DNA from: Nitrososphaeria archaeon
Lineage (GTDB): Archaea > Thermoproteota > Nitrososphaeria > JACIWG01
Direction of reading: 5' to 3'
DNA: 64,000 nucleotides
Assembly (NCBI GenBank): GCA_963752255.1
Contig: CAVVXT010000012.1
Coordinates: 228,326 to 292,325, forward strand
Shown here: one piece after another, positions 21,367-32,228 of the stretch
Layout: each line of letters begins with the position of its first letter
Position numbering within the stretch: the stretch's first letter is position 1
Notes under the pieces: model-generated
What the model was told of the DNA's origin: nothing
Databases searched by the model: none
What the model saw: the letters and a program-made list of their open reading frames with translations, nothing else
Made by a program: the position numbers and the translations under genes

Positions 21367-22041
21367 ATGAAAAAAAGCGAGGGCGAACGTAAGAAAAGAG
21401 TTCTGAAGATAATAATAGAGAAGGTTAATGGCGAATGGAAGGGGTGGTCTTCAAACCCTCTCGAAACCCTTGTTGGAACAATAATTTCTCAGAACACAAA
21501 TGACAGGAACACGGAGAGGGCGATGGAGCTTCTAAGAAAAGAGATCGGAATTAATTTAGATGCCATCCTCTCAGCTCCTAAAGAGAAGGTTATGGAATGT
21601 TTAAAACCTGCTGGATTATATAATACCAAAGCCCCAAGAATAATAGAGTTAGCTAAGATTCTAAAAGAAAAAATCGGTGATCCGAAAAAACTTGAAGAGA
21701 TGAGCTCAGAAGACGTTCGTCAATTTCTCTCAAAAATCAAGGGAATAGGACCTAAGACTGTGGACGTGTTCCTAGCGTTTTCAAGAAAAGAAGATGTAAT
21801 ACCGGTTGACACCCATATTAAAAGGGTTGCTAAAAGACTTGGATTTGCAGCAGAAAAAGACAACTACTTTAAGATAAGGGAAAATCTCGAAAAATCTGTT
21901 CCTAAAGGAGAGAGGGTTAAAGCCCACTTTGCACTTATAACCTTCGGAAGAGAAATCTGCAATGCAAGACAACCTAAATGCCAAACATGTCCTGTCATGC
22001 AATATTGTCCTTCCAAGAAAATCTTTTATCCAGATATCTAA
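21367..22041 (+). CDS. nth: Endonuclease III (HhH-GPD, Fe-S)
   Basis: ISQNTND, GIGPKT, PVDTH, CNARQPKCQTCPVMQYC. Confidence 0.92.
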   Translation: MKKSEGERKKRVLKIIIEKVNGEWKGWSSNPLETLVGTIISQNTNDRNTERAMELLRKEIGINLDAILSAPKEKVMECLKPAGLYNTKAPRIIELAKILKEKIGDPKKLEEMSSEDVRQFLSKIKGIGPKTVDVFLAFSRKEDVIPVDTHIKRVAKRLGFAAEKDNYFKIRENLEKSVPKGERVKAHFALITFGREICNARQPKCQTCPVMQYCPSKKIFYPDI

Positions 22042-22053
22042 GGCTGATGTGTA

Positions 22054-23211
22054 TTGCAAGAAGAATTGACAAAATACATCGAAGGAAAAACTGAACTCTT
22101 TGTTCCAAGGGGAAGCTTGGTATTGAATGTTCCTCCTAAAGAACCAGCCTTCTTTAATCCAAGAGGGGTTGAAAGTAGAGATATTTCTATAATAGCTTAT
22201 GAAACCTTTTCACAGCTGGCACAAAAGCCGATAACTTTCACAGATGTCCTGTGTGGAATTGGAGCAAGAGGGGTAAGAGTAGCAAAAGAAACAGGAGTCT
22301 CCAAGGTTTACCTGAATGACATGAACCCAAGTGCAATAGACTTAGTCAGGAAAAATATAGAAAATAATGACGTAAAAGAAAAATGTATAGTTTCAAATGA
22401 CGATGCAAATCACTTCTTCACAACAAACAGAAAAGAAGGAAACCTCTTTGACATCATAGACATCGACCCTTTCGGTACACCCTCGCCATATCTAGAAGAT
22501 GCCACCAAGACGATAAAGAAAGAGGGACTCATATCGATGACAGCAACAGACACAGCAGTACTATGTGGCTTGCATCCGCATGTCGCACTAAGAAAATATT
22601 ATGGATTATCAGTCCATACAGAGTACTGTCATGAAGTAGGACTCAGACTCCTTTTTGGAGCATTGGCATTTTCTGCAGCAAGATATGACAAAGGGATAAA
22701 ACCACTATTCTGCCATTCTACAAGACATTACCTTAGAGTATATGCGAAAGTTACATACGGTGCAGAAGAAGGAGACAGCTCATTAGAGAAGATAGGATAC
22801 ATTAACCACTGCACAAAATGTAATGAAAGAAGCATCAGCAAAATCCCCCTTGAAAAATGCCCAGAATGCGGGTCAACCATAATTTATGGCGGACCACTCT
22901 GGACAGGAAAGATATTTGATAGGAACTTCATAGAAGAAATGATAAAGACGGTCAAGAACTCGAATACGAAAAAGTATTCAAAGATGATGACCACAGCAGT
23001 CGAAGAGACCGAAGGACCACCCATGTACTTTCTCATAAGTATGATATGTGACAGACTCCAAGTCAACACTCCAGCAATAGAAAAGATAATCGAAAGATTA
23101 AGAAAAAAAGGATTCTATGCATCAAGAACCAGCATAAACAACAAGGCTGTTAAAACAAATGCCCCTTCTAAAACAGTTAACGAAATCCTTACAGAGTTAT
23201 CTAAGATATGA
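22054..23211 (+). CDS. trm1: tRNA (guanine26-N2)-dimethyltransferase
   Basis: FFNP..SRD, GARGVR, DIDPFGTP, TATDTAVLCG, HEVGLR, GPLWTG. Confidence 0.95.
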   Translation: MQEELTKYIEGKTELFVPRGSLVLNVPPKEPAFFNPRGVESRDISIIAYETFSQLAQKPITFTDVLCGIGARGVRVAKETGVSKVYLNDMNPSAIDLVRKNIENNDVKEKCIVSNDDANHFFTTNRKEGNLFDIIDIDPFGTPSPYLEDATKTIKKEGLISMTATDTAVLCGLHPHVALRKYYGLSVHTEYCHEVGLRLLFGALAFSAARYDKGIKPLFCHSTRHYLRVYAKVTYGAEEGDSSLEKIGYINHCTKCNERSISKIPLEKCPECGSTIIYGGPLWTGKIFDRNFIEEMIKTVKNSNTKKYSKMMTTAVEETEGPPMYFLISMICDRLQVNTPAIEKIIERLRKKGFYASRTSINNKAVKTNAPSKTVNEILTELSKI

Positions 23212-23793
23212 CAGACATACAAAATATATTTCACTACTTTCTTTTCTACTCGCAGACGGTTTCGTAATAAGTACTTTCTTAAACATACCTTTTAATTTAT
23301 CACGGACATCTTGGAAATAGTCCCCTTGGAAGATCTTGAAGACACAGTTGCCTTCAGGCTTTAGAAGATGAGGAATCATGTCTATGACCTTCATAGTTAA
23401 ATCTATCTGTCTAGTATGATCGACTTCCCAAACACCAGTAATATTTTGAGACAAATCTGAAAGGATAACATCAACCTCGTAAATAATCGATTTTCTTACG
23501 AAATCCAGAGCTTGGGGAGAAAAAATATCCAATGTATAGGTAAAGACATTGTTAAGCTGAATATCTACCTTCTTCAAATCAAAGCCAAAGACTTTACCAT
23601 CGGGACCAACCCTCTCACTAGCAACTTGGAGCCAGCCTCCTGGAGCACAGCCGAAGTCAACTACATAGTCGTCCTCAATTATTAGATGGTACCTGTTGAC
23701 TAATTCAGCAAGTTTATATGCAGCCCTGCTGCGATAACCTTCTTTCTTTGCTCGCTTTCTATAAAAATCTCTCTTAGCCTGACTTAGCTTCAA
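23197..23793 (-). CDS. rlmE: RlmE/FtsJ rRNA 2'-O-methyltransferase
   Basis: GYRSRAAYKL, DFGCAPGGW, KPSASRKESSEIY. Confidence 0.93.
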   Translation of the reverse strand: MKLSQAKRDFYRKRAKKEGYRSRAAYKLAELVNRYHLIIEDDYVVDFGCAPGGWLQVASERVGPDGKVFGFDLKKVDIQLNNVFTYTLDIFSPQALDFVRKSIIYEVDVILSDLSQNITGVWEVDHTRQIDLTMKVIDMIPHLLKPEGNCVFKIFQGDYFQDVRDKLKGMFKKVLITKPSASRKESSEIYFVCLSYLR

Positions 23794-24259
23794 CCTTCAT
23801 TACTACCTTATAAGCCGCAAACTCCTTTCTAACCCAATCCTCTAGCGTACTACAGGTTTTCGGTGAAATCTTACTATCGTTAGAGCACTGCTCTACAACC
23901 TTACAAGTCAGACACGGCGTGTCCCTTATCGAAGTCGTCTTTATAGGCATACGAATTGGGAAGAGCCTGTAAGTCCATCTACCGTTTTCAAGAACGCGTT
24001 CACGTCTTATCATTCCACGCTTCTCAAGCCTTATAGCTAGGCGGCTACCGTCTCGGCTTGTCAGGCTGAGTTCTTTCCAAAGTTGGCTCTGAAGTATTCC
24101 TTCCATTCCATGTTCTACTATAGCTTTGTACGTTCGTGAAGTAAGGTCAAGCTCTTCTTCATCAAGTTTTTCAGGAACCTCATTCGATGCACTCTCGTCT
24201 ACACGCTCCTCAGAAATTTTTTCCTCTTCCTCACGATTGGCTTGCTTCGGCATAAACAC
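23774..24259 (-). CDS. TFE-beta / RPC34-like protein (wHTH + C-terminal Fe-S Cys cluster)
   Basis: GILQSQLWKELSLTSRDGSRLAIRLEKRGMI wHTH; PCLTC...C...ISPKTC..LEDW; lies next to tfb and gar1. Confidence 0.82.
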   Translation of the reverse strand: MFMPKQANREEEEKISEERVDESASNEVPEKLDEEELDLTSRTYKAIVEHGMEGILQSQLWKELSLTSRDGSRLAIRLEKRGMIRRERVLENGRWTYRLFPIRMPIKTTSIRDTPCLTCKVVEQCSNDSKISPKTCSTLEDWVRKEFAAYKVVMKVEAKSG

Positions 24260-24316
24260 ACCACCTAATTTTGGGAACTAAATATATTTATCGTAAGAAT
24301 ACCCTTATAACTTTTT

Positions 24317-25240
24317 TCATTTTAATGTGCTAATATACACAGCAACATCGAAAGATTGCAAAATCTCTTTAGTTCTATTTCTGACAGTCAGAGGTGTAAC
24401 ACCAAGCTCTGAAGCAATATCCTCCGATGATATAGACTCGTCAAAGAGTGCAGAGGCTATGTGGATGCAGGAGGCAGCAAGACCTGCGGGATTTTTTCCT
24501 AAGGAGATGTTTGAAGCTTCTACCTTCGAAGCCAAATCCAGAGCCAGGCGCTCAACCTTTATTGAGAGATTTAGCATGTTAGACAGTTTAGTTACATAAT
24601 TAGATATGTGAGGTCGACTGACAGAAGTAGAGAAGGTCTGTGCCAACGCGCGATAGTATTTGGCAACATCTTTTTCTTTAATATCCGCAAAATCGGCTAC
24701 TTCCTTGAGGGTCCTGTTTACATCGCACATGCGACACGCTAGGTAGACCATCGCAGCAGCGATCTCCTTTTGACCCTTGTTTTTGGCGAAAGCCTTTATT
24801 TTTGAGGAACGGATAAAATATGCTGCGGTTTCGGCTACGTTGTTTGGTAGAGAAAGTTTTGTCGCCAGATCTTCAATCTTCTCCAGCAGTTTCATCAGTG
24901 AACGTTCTTCAGCGCTGACTCTTATCATAGAGTATGTTGTCCTAATTTTTTTTGCATCATTATTTTGCTTGAAATTAGAGAAGGAACCATATGGCTTGTC
25001 CCCTACAAGTGTACTCAGTCCTTCATCATGTAGGAGGAAAGTTCGAGGAGCACCGACGCGGACACGCTTCTGCTTATCCTCCATATCAATAGCCTTCCAT
25101 TCAGGGTGGTCGTCAACAGCTCGATCCCTAACAACTAAACCACATTTTGGGCAGATAAGCTCCCCCGAGGCCGAGTCGATTATAAGCCCGCGATCGCAGA
25201 AAGGACATCGCTGGGATGCTTCATCACGTACTCCGGACAA
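24317..25240 (-). CDS. tfb: Transcription initiation factor IIB paralogue
   Basis: CPFC...ELICPKCG zinc ribbon, PEWKA, LHDEGLST, two cyclin repeats (YLACR; GKNPAGLAA; GVTPLTVRNR). Confidence 0.9.
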   Translation of the reverse strand: MSGVRDEASQRCPFCDRGLIIDSASGELICPKCGLVVRDRAVDDHPEWKAIDMEDKQKRVRVGAPRTFLLHDEGLSTLVGDKPYGSFSNFKQNNDAKKIRTTYSMIRVSAEERSLMKLLEKIEDLATKLSLPNNVAETAAYFIRSSKIKAFAKNKGQKEIAAAMVYLACRMCDVNRTLKEVADFADIKEKDVAKYYRALAQTFSTSVSRPHISNYVTKLSNMLNLSIKVERLALDLASKVEASNISLGKNPAGLAASCIHIASALFDESISSEDIASELGVTPLTVRNRTKEILQSFDVAVYISTLK

Positions 25241-25241
25241 T

Positions 25242-25481
25242 TTAACCCGACTCCATTCGAACGTACAATTGTTCGCCTATTAGTTTTCTAACCCTGTCTG
25301 TTGTAGGCTTTACAGAAACATATGGTGAGGAAATAGGTCCAAAGGTTTCTACGACGAAGCCAATCTTCTTTCCTGAGGCATCAAATACGGGAATAGAAGG
25401 CTTAAGGAAAACTTCTGCCTTAACAATGAGATTTCCACTTTTGGCCTGATGTAGGACCTGGCCTAATTTCTTCACAACCAA
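25242..25481 (-). CDS. gar1: Gar1/Naf1 H/ACA RNP protein
   Basis: IGFVVETFGPISSPYVSVKP. Confidence 0.88.
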   Translation of the reverse strand: MVVKKLGQVLHQAKSGNLIVKAEVFLKPSIPVFDASGKKIGFVVETFGPISSPYVSVKPTTDRVRKLIGEQLYVRMESG

Positions 25482-25500
25482 TTTATAAAGAGAACATAAT

Positions 25501-25800
25501 TTAAACCTTTTGATGTCTCATGCCACGCACTGTGCCCAATGTCCTAGAGACATCTTTAAGTACATCATTCTTTCGCCCACCCTTATTTATAGACACGTAA
25601 CCGCTTTCAATAAAAGATCTCTTAGGATACATCGCCTTAACTGGTTCTGATATGAGTCCAAGCTTTGTCACCGATTCGACGAGTTCGTCCATTGTTGGAG
25701 AACCGACAGCGAGATATAGAGGCACCTTTCTACCGTCCTCCCTTGAAAGTTTGGAGTTAAAGTAATCAAGCCACAAGATTATCCTTTTGTAATCCTTCAA
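25501..25800 (-). CDS. srp19: Signal recognition particle 19 kDa protein
   Basis: ILWLDYFNSKLSREDGRKVP, YPKR. Confidence 0.9.
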   Translation of the reverse strand: MKDYKRIILWLDYFNSKLSREDGRKVPLYLAVGSPTMDELVESVTKLGLISEPVKAMYPKRSFIESGYVSINKGGRKNDVLKDVSRTLGTVRGMRHQKV

Positions 25801-25806
25801 CTTAGA

Positions 25807-26193
25807 TTACCGTTTAATTAATATGGCATTAACTATACCGGCTTGCCCAGGTCTTGAAGTAACCTTTGCTTCTCCGAGCTCAGTGTCTACAAGTGCACCC
25901 TTTGTAATAACACCCTTCCTTGTGAGATCTTTGCTTGCAGGGTTTGTTACCAGTTTATTAATCTTAACCTTCTTAGTCTGCTTTGACACCGGGTCGAGAA
26001 CGTTCGCATACTGAGTGGAAAGACACTTGACCTTTAAACCACCTCCCCGTGTATTTTTGACGACCCTTTCATCCTCGTTAATCTTTGTTTCAATAGGATA
26101 TCCATGTCGCTCGTAAGCTCTTCTCCCCCTATTCGGGTTCTTAACGCCACCCGTGAGCTTGCGTTTGTGAAGATTTTCTATATTCTGTGGCAT
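25807..26193 (-). CDS. rps8e: Ribosomal protein S8e
   Basis: KRKLTGG, RGG, ITKGALVDTELG.AKVTSRPGQ.G.VNA. Confidence 0.96.
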   Translation of the reverse strand: MPQNIENLHKRKLTGGVKNPNRGRRAYERHGYPIETKINEDERVVKNTRGGGLKVKCLSTQYANVLDPVSKQTKKVKINKLVTNPASKDLTRKGVITKGALVDTELGEAKVTSRPGQAGIVNAILIKR

Positions 26194-26269
26194 TTTCTAA
26201 CAAAACACCCCTGATGTGAAGAAGGTTATAAGATTATGGGATAATATACTTTTCGACCCAGTTAAAATA

Positions 26270-26821
26270 CTATCCAGAAATCTCCTTCGGTATCTGTAAT
26301 CCCTTAGGAGACCTTGCTTTTAGTTGCTCTTTTAGGTCATTGATGTCAGCACTTAATCCGAAATATTCGGAAAAATTACTTGTTGTGACATAGGTTTTTG
26401 GTTTTATGCTAGATTGAACTGACACGAAGTCGAGAACCTCTAGTGTTGAGAGATGGCGGTAAGCTTTCGAACCGATATGTCTTAGAATATCTTTTATTGT
26501 AACAGGTTGATAGAATGCCACATAAGACAGCGTTTTGAGGACGGCTTCGGGGACAAGGGGTTTAGTGGCGAACTTTCTAACAATGTTGTTGTAATCTGAC
26601 TTCAGCTGCATGGCAAACAGGTTTCCCGGCAGTTCAACTATTTCCAGCGCGTTCGAAAAAGAGTTGTAAGTAGAAAGTACTTCTCTTGCCAGTAAAAGGT
26701 TCTTTCTCTTGGAAATGACTCCAGTGGCACGTGAAATGTCTTCCATGGAAAGAGGGTGACCGGTGACGTAAAGAGCCGCTTCTATCCTTCCCTTTAGAAC
26801 GCTTATTTCTTCTTTGTTCAC
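26270..26821 (-). CDS. scpB: Segregation and condensation protein B
   Basis: IEAALY...PL, LKTLSYVAFYQPVT, YVTT..FSEYFGL; downstream of smc/scpA. Confidence 0.92.
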   Translation of the reverse strand: MNKEEISVLKGRIEAALYVTGHPLSMEDISRATGVISKRKNLLLAREVLSTYNSFSNALEIVELPGNLFAMQLKSDYNNIVRKFATKPLVPEAVLKTLSYVAFYQPVTIKDILRHIGSKAYRHLSTLEVLDFVSVQSSIKPKTYVTTSNFSEYFGLSADINDLKEQLKARSPKGLQIPKEISG

Positions 26822-27466
26822 TGTACAAGCACCGTAATAACAATATCATCGCTAACCTGCTTCAAATCAGCGAACTCTTCTTGTGCTACACAAAGTGACA
26901 GGATAAAATGCCTTACCATCTCTATCAAAGTAAGCCCGTGAACCATCCTCCTAAAGCTGACCTGATGTGAATCATCCATCAGCATCATAAGCTTCTTCTT
27001 AAACTCCTTCAACGTCTCGTTTATGTTCATAATGAAAGGGTCGACTGGCAGCTCTAAGCCTAGGAACGGGGATTAGCGTCTCTTCTTTCCTCAGTTGTAT
27101 AGTTGAAGCTGAAGCTATGATCCTTTCAAGAGCTGTTAGAAGATCTTCAACCGATGTAGAATACGATTCATGTCTATAAGGAACCTCTATAATAGAAGGC
27201 AACGTGAGATCTTCTCTCTCCATCTGAGCTGAAGACTGCCTTTCAAAAAGGAAAAAAGATTCGACCTGCAATCTGAATATTATAGACGAAGACAATGCGA
27301 CAGTTCCGTAAAGCCTTAAATCCTTAGATTCCTCTATAGTATAGATAGATAGAAATTCCTTTAAGAGATCTTTAACATTTATGTTCCACGCCTTCTTCTT
27401 TGACAGATCCTCAGAATCCAGGAGGAACTTCAGAGGAATCTTTGTAAGAGGGCCCTTTGTGCTCAT
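26818..27466 (-). CDS. scpA: Segregation and condensation protein A (kleisin; frameshift near 27060)
   Basis: AWNINVKDLL, DLRLYGTVALSSSIIF, SVEDLLTALE | VRHFILSL..AQE; lies between smc and scpB. Confidence 0.8.
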
Positions 27467-30400
27467 GATCGAGCCTCTTTAACCATCATTTCCGGTGAAT
27501 ATTCGACGACGTTAGCGTGCCCGCTACGCTGATAGACACCAAAGATTTTGTCAGCCTTCGAGAGGGTAACATCCTTTAAAGTGATGAGTATAATCTGCGA
27601 TTCCGCAGCGCGTTCATGTAGTATTTTGATCAAACGCTCTAGGTTAAACGGATCAAGGTGTGCGTCTATTTCATCTAATAGGTAGAATGGCGATTTAAAT
27701 GCAACCTGCATTGCTAAAATAAATGCGACAGTCGCAATCGTCTTTTCTCCACCGCTTATCATCAGCGATTCTTTATACCGCTTATTTGGAAAGCGGACCA
27801 TCAAGTAGACTCCACCGGAAAAGATATCGTCGGGTTTTTCTATTTCAAGCCAAGCGTCTCCATCTGTGAGTTCCTTGAACAACGACCTAAGGTTTCTATC
27901 AATCTTTTCGAAAGCCTCCATAAAAACAGTCTTCTTCTTTTCTTCAATCTGTTCAATCAGGTCAATAATGCTGCTTTTCTCTTCTTCAAGCTGGTTGCTT
28001 CTAAGAGAAAGGTTCTTATAGCTTTCAAACACATTTTCGTAATCTTTTTCAGCTAAATAGTTTAAAACAAGTTTCACTTCTGAACTTTCCTGCTCCATGA
28101 ATGAGAGAACAGTTTCACAGCCGTCTACATATTCAATTGGTGATTCATATCCAAACATCCTTAAAGTGTTGTATTCAGTCTGCATCTTTTCCTTGAGATT
28201 ATCTATTTTCGAAGAAATCTGGTTTATACGGACCGTCGACTTATTGATGAGATCATTTAATGAGTTGAGCTGAACCGTTTTCTCATTTACCTTTAGATCG
28301 TATTCTGAAATTGTCTTTTGCATATTAGCTGAAGCTTGACGGAATTCCTCTTCTCTTGCCTTTAGAGAATTATATTTTGTATTGAACTCACTTAGTAAAT
28401 TTTTGTTTTCCTCAATCTTTTTCTTGTTTGATTCAAACTCAGATGCAAGCTTTTCAATGCTTCTTTTAATATTGTTATAGGATACAAGAAGGTCGTTATC
28501 AAGCCTGTTCTTGGTCTGGGCTAATTGCAGGTTTATTTCATTCAATTGACTTATTATCGACTGATAATCACCATTAAGATTAGTCATTTCACCATTGAAT
28601 GAGAGAAGTTTCTGTGCGGCAGCGTTATCTTCATCACTTTGAACAATTTTCACGAAGATTTCACGTTTTCTGCTCAGCGTGTCAGACCTTTCTTGAAATC
28701 TTTTAAGGTATTCTTCAACCTTATTCACTCTAGCTCTAAGAGAATTTAGTTTCTTTGTGTTTTCATCATATGTCTCCGAATATTTTTTTACAAATTTGAT
28801 TAAAGTGTTGATTTCACCGTGAACTTGGCCCAAGTTCTTTGAAATATCAACCTTTTTCTCCAACATGTCTTTCCCTTTTAGCTCCAAATTTTCAATATCC
28901 TGCCTTCTTTTGTCAACTACCTTCTTAAGGTTTGAAATAGCACTCTCTAATTCACTATAGTACCTTCTTTCCCCGTATGGTAGAACGGCCTCTCCAAAGA
29001 TGTTGGGAAAACTAGAGAGATATGCGGAGTAGTATGGCTCATATATGGCTCCGTTGACTGTCACACATCTAAAACCATTCTTGGACACCTCTGACGCAAT
29101 TCCATCATCTTCGACTAGAACCGTATTCTGGAAAAGAAAATCTTTCAGAGCTGCGTACTCGTCAGATATTTTCACCAAGTCATAAAGATAGCCTAAAACG
29201 TTTTTGTCGTCAGAAAGCTTTGTCAGCTTAACGGGCTTAACCTCCGAAAGAATAATCATGTTGAACTGTTTTGCGGAAACTCGACCAGCAAGTTCAATAA
29301 GCTTGTTCGCAGATTCGATATCCTTAACAACAATAGCATTCATCCAAAATCCACAGGCCGAAGATATAGCTTTAGAATAGTGTTCATCGTAGTCTATCAA
29401 ATCTTTTACAAAACCGACGCATCCTTCAACTACTCCTGTCTTAGCAAGAGTAATGAGCCTTTCAAGTCCTTCAGAATCGAAAACCTCTTCAGCGATTTTC
29501 CTCGCTATCTCAGTCTTGGCAACGATCACCTGAACCTTTTCCAACGTAGTTAAGGAGACCCTGATCGCCTCGAACATCGTTCTCCTACGGCTTTCGATAC
29601 CGTCGTAAGAATTGGACACCGAGAGTATTTGGGAAGATTCGCTCTGAAGCAGATTATCCAAATTGGTTAAAGTTTGTCTAAGCTCGTTTAAGATGACTGA
29701 AAAAGATTTCTGTTTACTATCTAGTACGTTAAGTCTGTAGCTTAGTTTAGTTTGGATGGAGGTAAACTTGTTCCTGCGTATATTTATCTTCTCCAGAATA
29801 GAGTCAATCTTCTTGATCTTCTGGTCAGCTTTGATCTTTCTCATCTTTATGTCAGAAATACTCTTATTTGAATCACTAATCTGTAAAGTTAGATCCTTTA
29901 TCTTTTCCGAAATTTGAGCTCTCCCACCTTCCCTAAGCTCCTTATCATTCTTTATCTTGTTTAAAGATTCCTTAACAAAGTTTACGTCTATGTCAAGCTT
30001 TGTCAGCATCCCATTAAGAGTCGGTAGATCTTGTTCAATCTCTATGTTTCTCTGTTCAAGGGTTTTTGTTATTGAATTCATCGATGAGATTCTAGACTGA
30101 AGTGAAGCTAATTCCATTTCATAATTAACAAAGGTTCTAGAAGGATCAGAAACAGACGAGAGAAAATTGTCCCTATCGTTCTGTATAGATTCGATATCAG
30201 AATAAATGGCTTCCCTGTCATGCTGTTTTTTCTTGAGCAGCGAGCGCTCTTCTTCCAAGTTTCCATTTAGGGAATTTGAAGCCTGCAAGAGCGTAAAAAT
30301 GGATCTGGATGTCTTCATAGCGTTCAGACGTCTAATTTCTTCTTCAAGGTGACGATACCTTAGAAGATTGTTGCGACCTTCCTCATTTTTTCTGAGAACG

Positions 30401-31002
30401 CTCCTTATTTCGCCGATTCGGGCGAAGGCTATTTCCAGCTTATGTGTTGCATCCTCTAAGTTCTTCATTGATTCAACTTTCTTCTCATCAAACTGGGAAA
30501 CACCAACTAAACTTTCTAATAGGCGACGACGTTCATCAGGTCTGAGTTCAGCAACTCTGTTGATCATTCCCTGCAGAATGACATTAAATGCTTCGGGAGA
30601 AATCAAGCACAACTGGGTCAGGTTCAAAACCGTCTGTTTTGAAACATGTTTACCGTTTATCTTGAATATCGATTCACCATCGCCTCTAAGCTCCCTCGTA
30701 AAAGTGACGGTATCCGAATCATATGGAATCTCTCTACCAGAGTTATCAAACTGAACAGAAACCAGCGCTTTAGAAGACCTTTGACCGCTTACAGCCCCGT
30801 CAAAGATAAGACCTTTCATGTTCGTCGCCCTAAGGGTCTTGAGGCTACTCTCCCCTAAGGCAAAAAGAATTGCGTCAAAGATATTCGACTTTCCTGAACC
30901 ATTCAGTCCCGTTATCGTAAGGTAACCAGGCTGCAAGTCCAATACCGTCTTCTTACTAAAGGTCTTGAATCCTTCTACCTCCAGCCTTTTTATATACAGC
31001 AT
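27463..31002 (-). CDS. smc: Chromosome segregation protein SMC
   Basis: GFKTF, Walker A GLNGSGKSN, Q-loop ILQG, long coiled coils with central hinge, ISGGEK, FYLLDEIDAHLD. Confidence 0.96.
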   Translation of the reverse strand: MLYIKRLEVEGFKTFSKKTVLDLQPGYLTITGLNGSGKSNIFDAILFALGESSLKTLRATNMKGLIFDGAVSGQRSSKALVSVQFDNSGREIPYDSDTVTFTRELRGDGESIFKINGKHVSKQTVLNLTQLCLISPEAFNVILQGMINRVAELRPDERRRLLESLVGVSQFDEKKVESMKNLEDATHKLEIAFARIGEIRSVLRKNEEGRNNLLRYRHLEEEIRRLNAMKTSRSIFTLLQASNSLNGNLEEERSLLKKKQHDREAIYSDIESIQNDRDNFLSSVSDPSRTFVNYEMELASLQSRISSMNSITKTLEQRNIEIEQDLPTLNGMLTKLDIDVNFVKESLNKIKNDKELREGGRAQISEKIKDLTLQISDSNKSISDIKMRKIKADQKIKKIDSILEKINIRRNKFTSIQTKLSYRLNVLDSKQKSFSVILNELRQTLTNLDNLLQSESSQILSVSNSYDGIESRRRTMFEAIRVSLTTLEKVQVIVAKTEIARKIAEEVFDSEGLERLITLAKTGVVEGCVGFVKDLIDYDEHYSKAISSACGFWMNAIVVKDIESANKLIELAGRVSAKQFNMIILSEVKPVKLTKLSDDKNVLGYLYDLVKISDEYAALKDFLFQNTVLVEDDGIASEVSKNGFRCVTVNGAIYEPYYSAYLSSFPNIFGEAVLPYGERRYYSELESAISNLKKVVDKRRQDIENLELKGKDMLEKKVDISKNLGQVHGEINTLIKFVKKYSETYDENTKKLNSLRARVNKVEEYLKRFQERSDTLSRKREIFVKIVQSDEDNAAAQKLLSFNGEMTNLNGDYQSIISQLNEINLQLAQTKNRLDNDLLVSYNNIKRSIEKLASEFESNKKKIEENKNLLSEFNTKYNSLKAREEEFRQASANMQKTISEYDLKVNEKTVQLNSLNDLINKSTVRINQISSKIDNLKEKMQTEYNTLRMFGYESPIEYVDGCETVLSFMEQESSEVKLVLNYLAEKDYENVFESYKNLSLRSNQLEEEKSSIIDLIEQIEEKKKTVFMEAFEKIDRNLRSLFKELTDGDAWLEIEKPDDIFSGGVYLMVRFPNKRYKESLMISGGEKTIATVAFILAMQVAFKSPFYLLDEIDAHLDPFNLERLIKILHERAAESQIILITLKDVTLSKADKIFGVYQRSGHANVVEYSPEMMVKEARS

Positions 31003-31108
31003 TCTTTCTCTTTACAGCATATATAGTAGACAGCATAATATTAATATCTTTTAAGAAAAAAAGTAGACAAATTTAAATCACCCTACCTGCAAAATATGTT
31101 GATAGAAA

Positions 31109-32180
31109 ATGAAGGATTATATAACTGGAAGAAGAAAGCGAATTTTATCAAAGGCTGAGAAAGCGGGAGCAAATTTCGTTCTAGCGTCATCCCCCGAGAA
31201 CATGTTTTACTTCACAAATTTCTGGGGTGGATCATACGTCCTTATTTCAGAGGAAGGGTGTCTACTATTTACAGGTGCGCTTGAAGCCTTCAGAGCCCTG
31301 AACATGGCTGTTGAGGCAAAGGTCATAAGTGTGCCTGTAGGCTCAAGCATATTGTCTAGGCATAAAGAATCATATTCAGAAAGACTCTAAAATCCTCTCT
31401 GAAGATGTAATGTTCACTCAAAAGGAGACATTTGAAAAAAAGCTCGAAGTTAAATTGGAGCCTTCATCTAAACCCTTCTATGAACTTAGACGATCGAAGG
31501 ATGAACGCGAAATTGCATCGATCGAGGAAACCTCGAAACTCATGGATCAACTTTACGAAGAGACATTAGAAATCGTAAGGGAAGGGATCACTGAAAGGGA
31601 AATCGCGTCAAAGGTCATCGGGAAAGGGGTTGAAGTCGGCTTGGACATGAGCTCTGGCCTGGAGCCCGTAATAGTTGCTACAGGTCCGAACTCAGCTTAT
31701 CCTCACGCTCAGATAACAGATCGCAAGTTAAAGAAAGGTGATGTAATTGTAGCAGACTATTTCTTCAGGTATAAAGCATATGTATCGGATGAGACGAGAA
31801 CATTCGTCTTCGGTAAAGCTACAAAAGAAATCAAAGAAGCTTATGAAATAGTACATTTAGCTCAACTTCAAGGTATTAAAGCCCTTAAACCAGGTTCCAT
31901 AACCGGAAAAGTAGATGCAGCATGCAGAGGGATCATAAACGACAGCAGATTTTCAGAGTGTTATACACATGGAACAGGCCATGGTGTGGGATTAGAGGTT
32001 CATGAGCCGCCAACGTTGAGCATTAACCAGAAGGACAAACTTGTTAGAGGAGACGTTGTAACTATTGAACCAGGCATCTACGTCCAAGATAAGTTCGGGA
32101 TAAGAATAGAGGATACGGTTTACGTCGGTGAAGAAGTTAAGGTCTTAACCAGATTCGCGAAAGATCTAATTGAGATATAG
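31109..32180 (+). CDS. Xaa-Pro aminopeptidase / M24 family (frameshift between 31341 and 31388)
   Basis: ENMFYFTNF | SAYPH, YVSDETRT, HGTGHGVGLEVHE, TIEPGIY, GIRIEDT. Confidence 0.92.
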
Positions 32181-32228
32181 AAAAAAGATTTGCGATAATT
32201 ATTTATACGGTTCAGTAGAGTAGATAAT

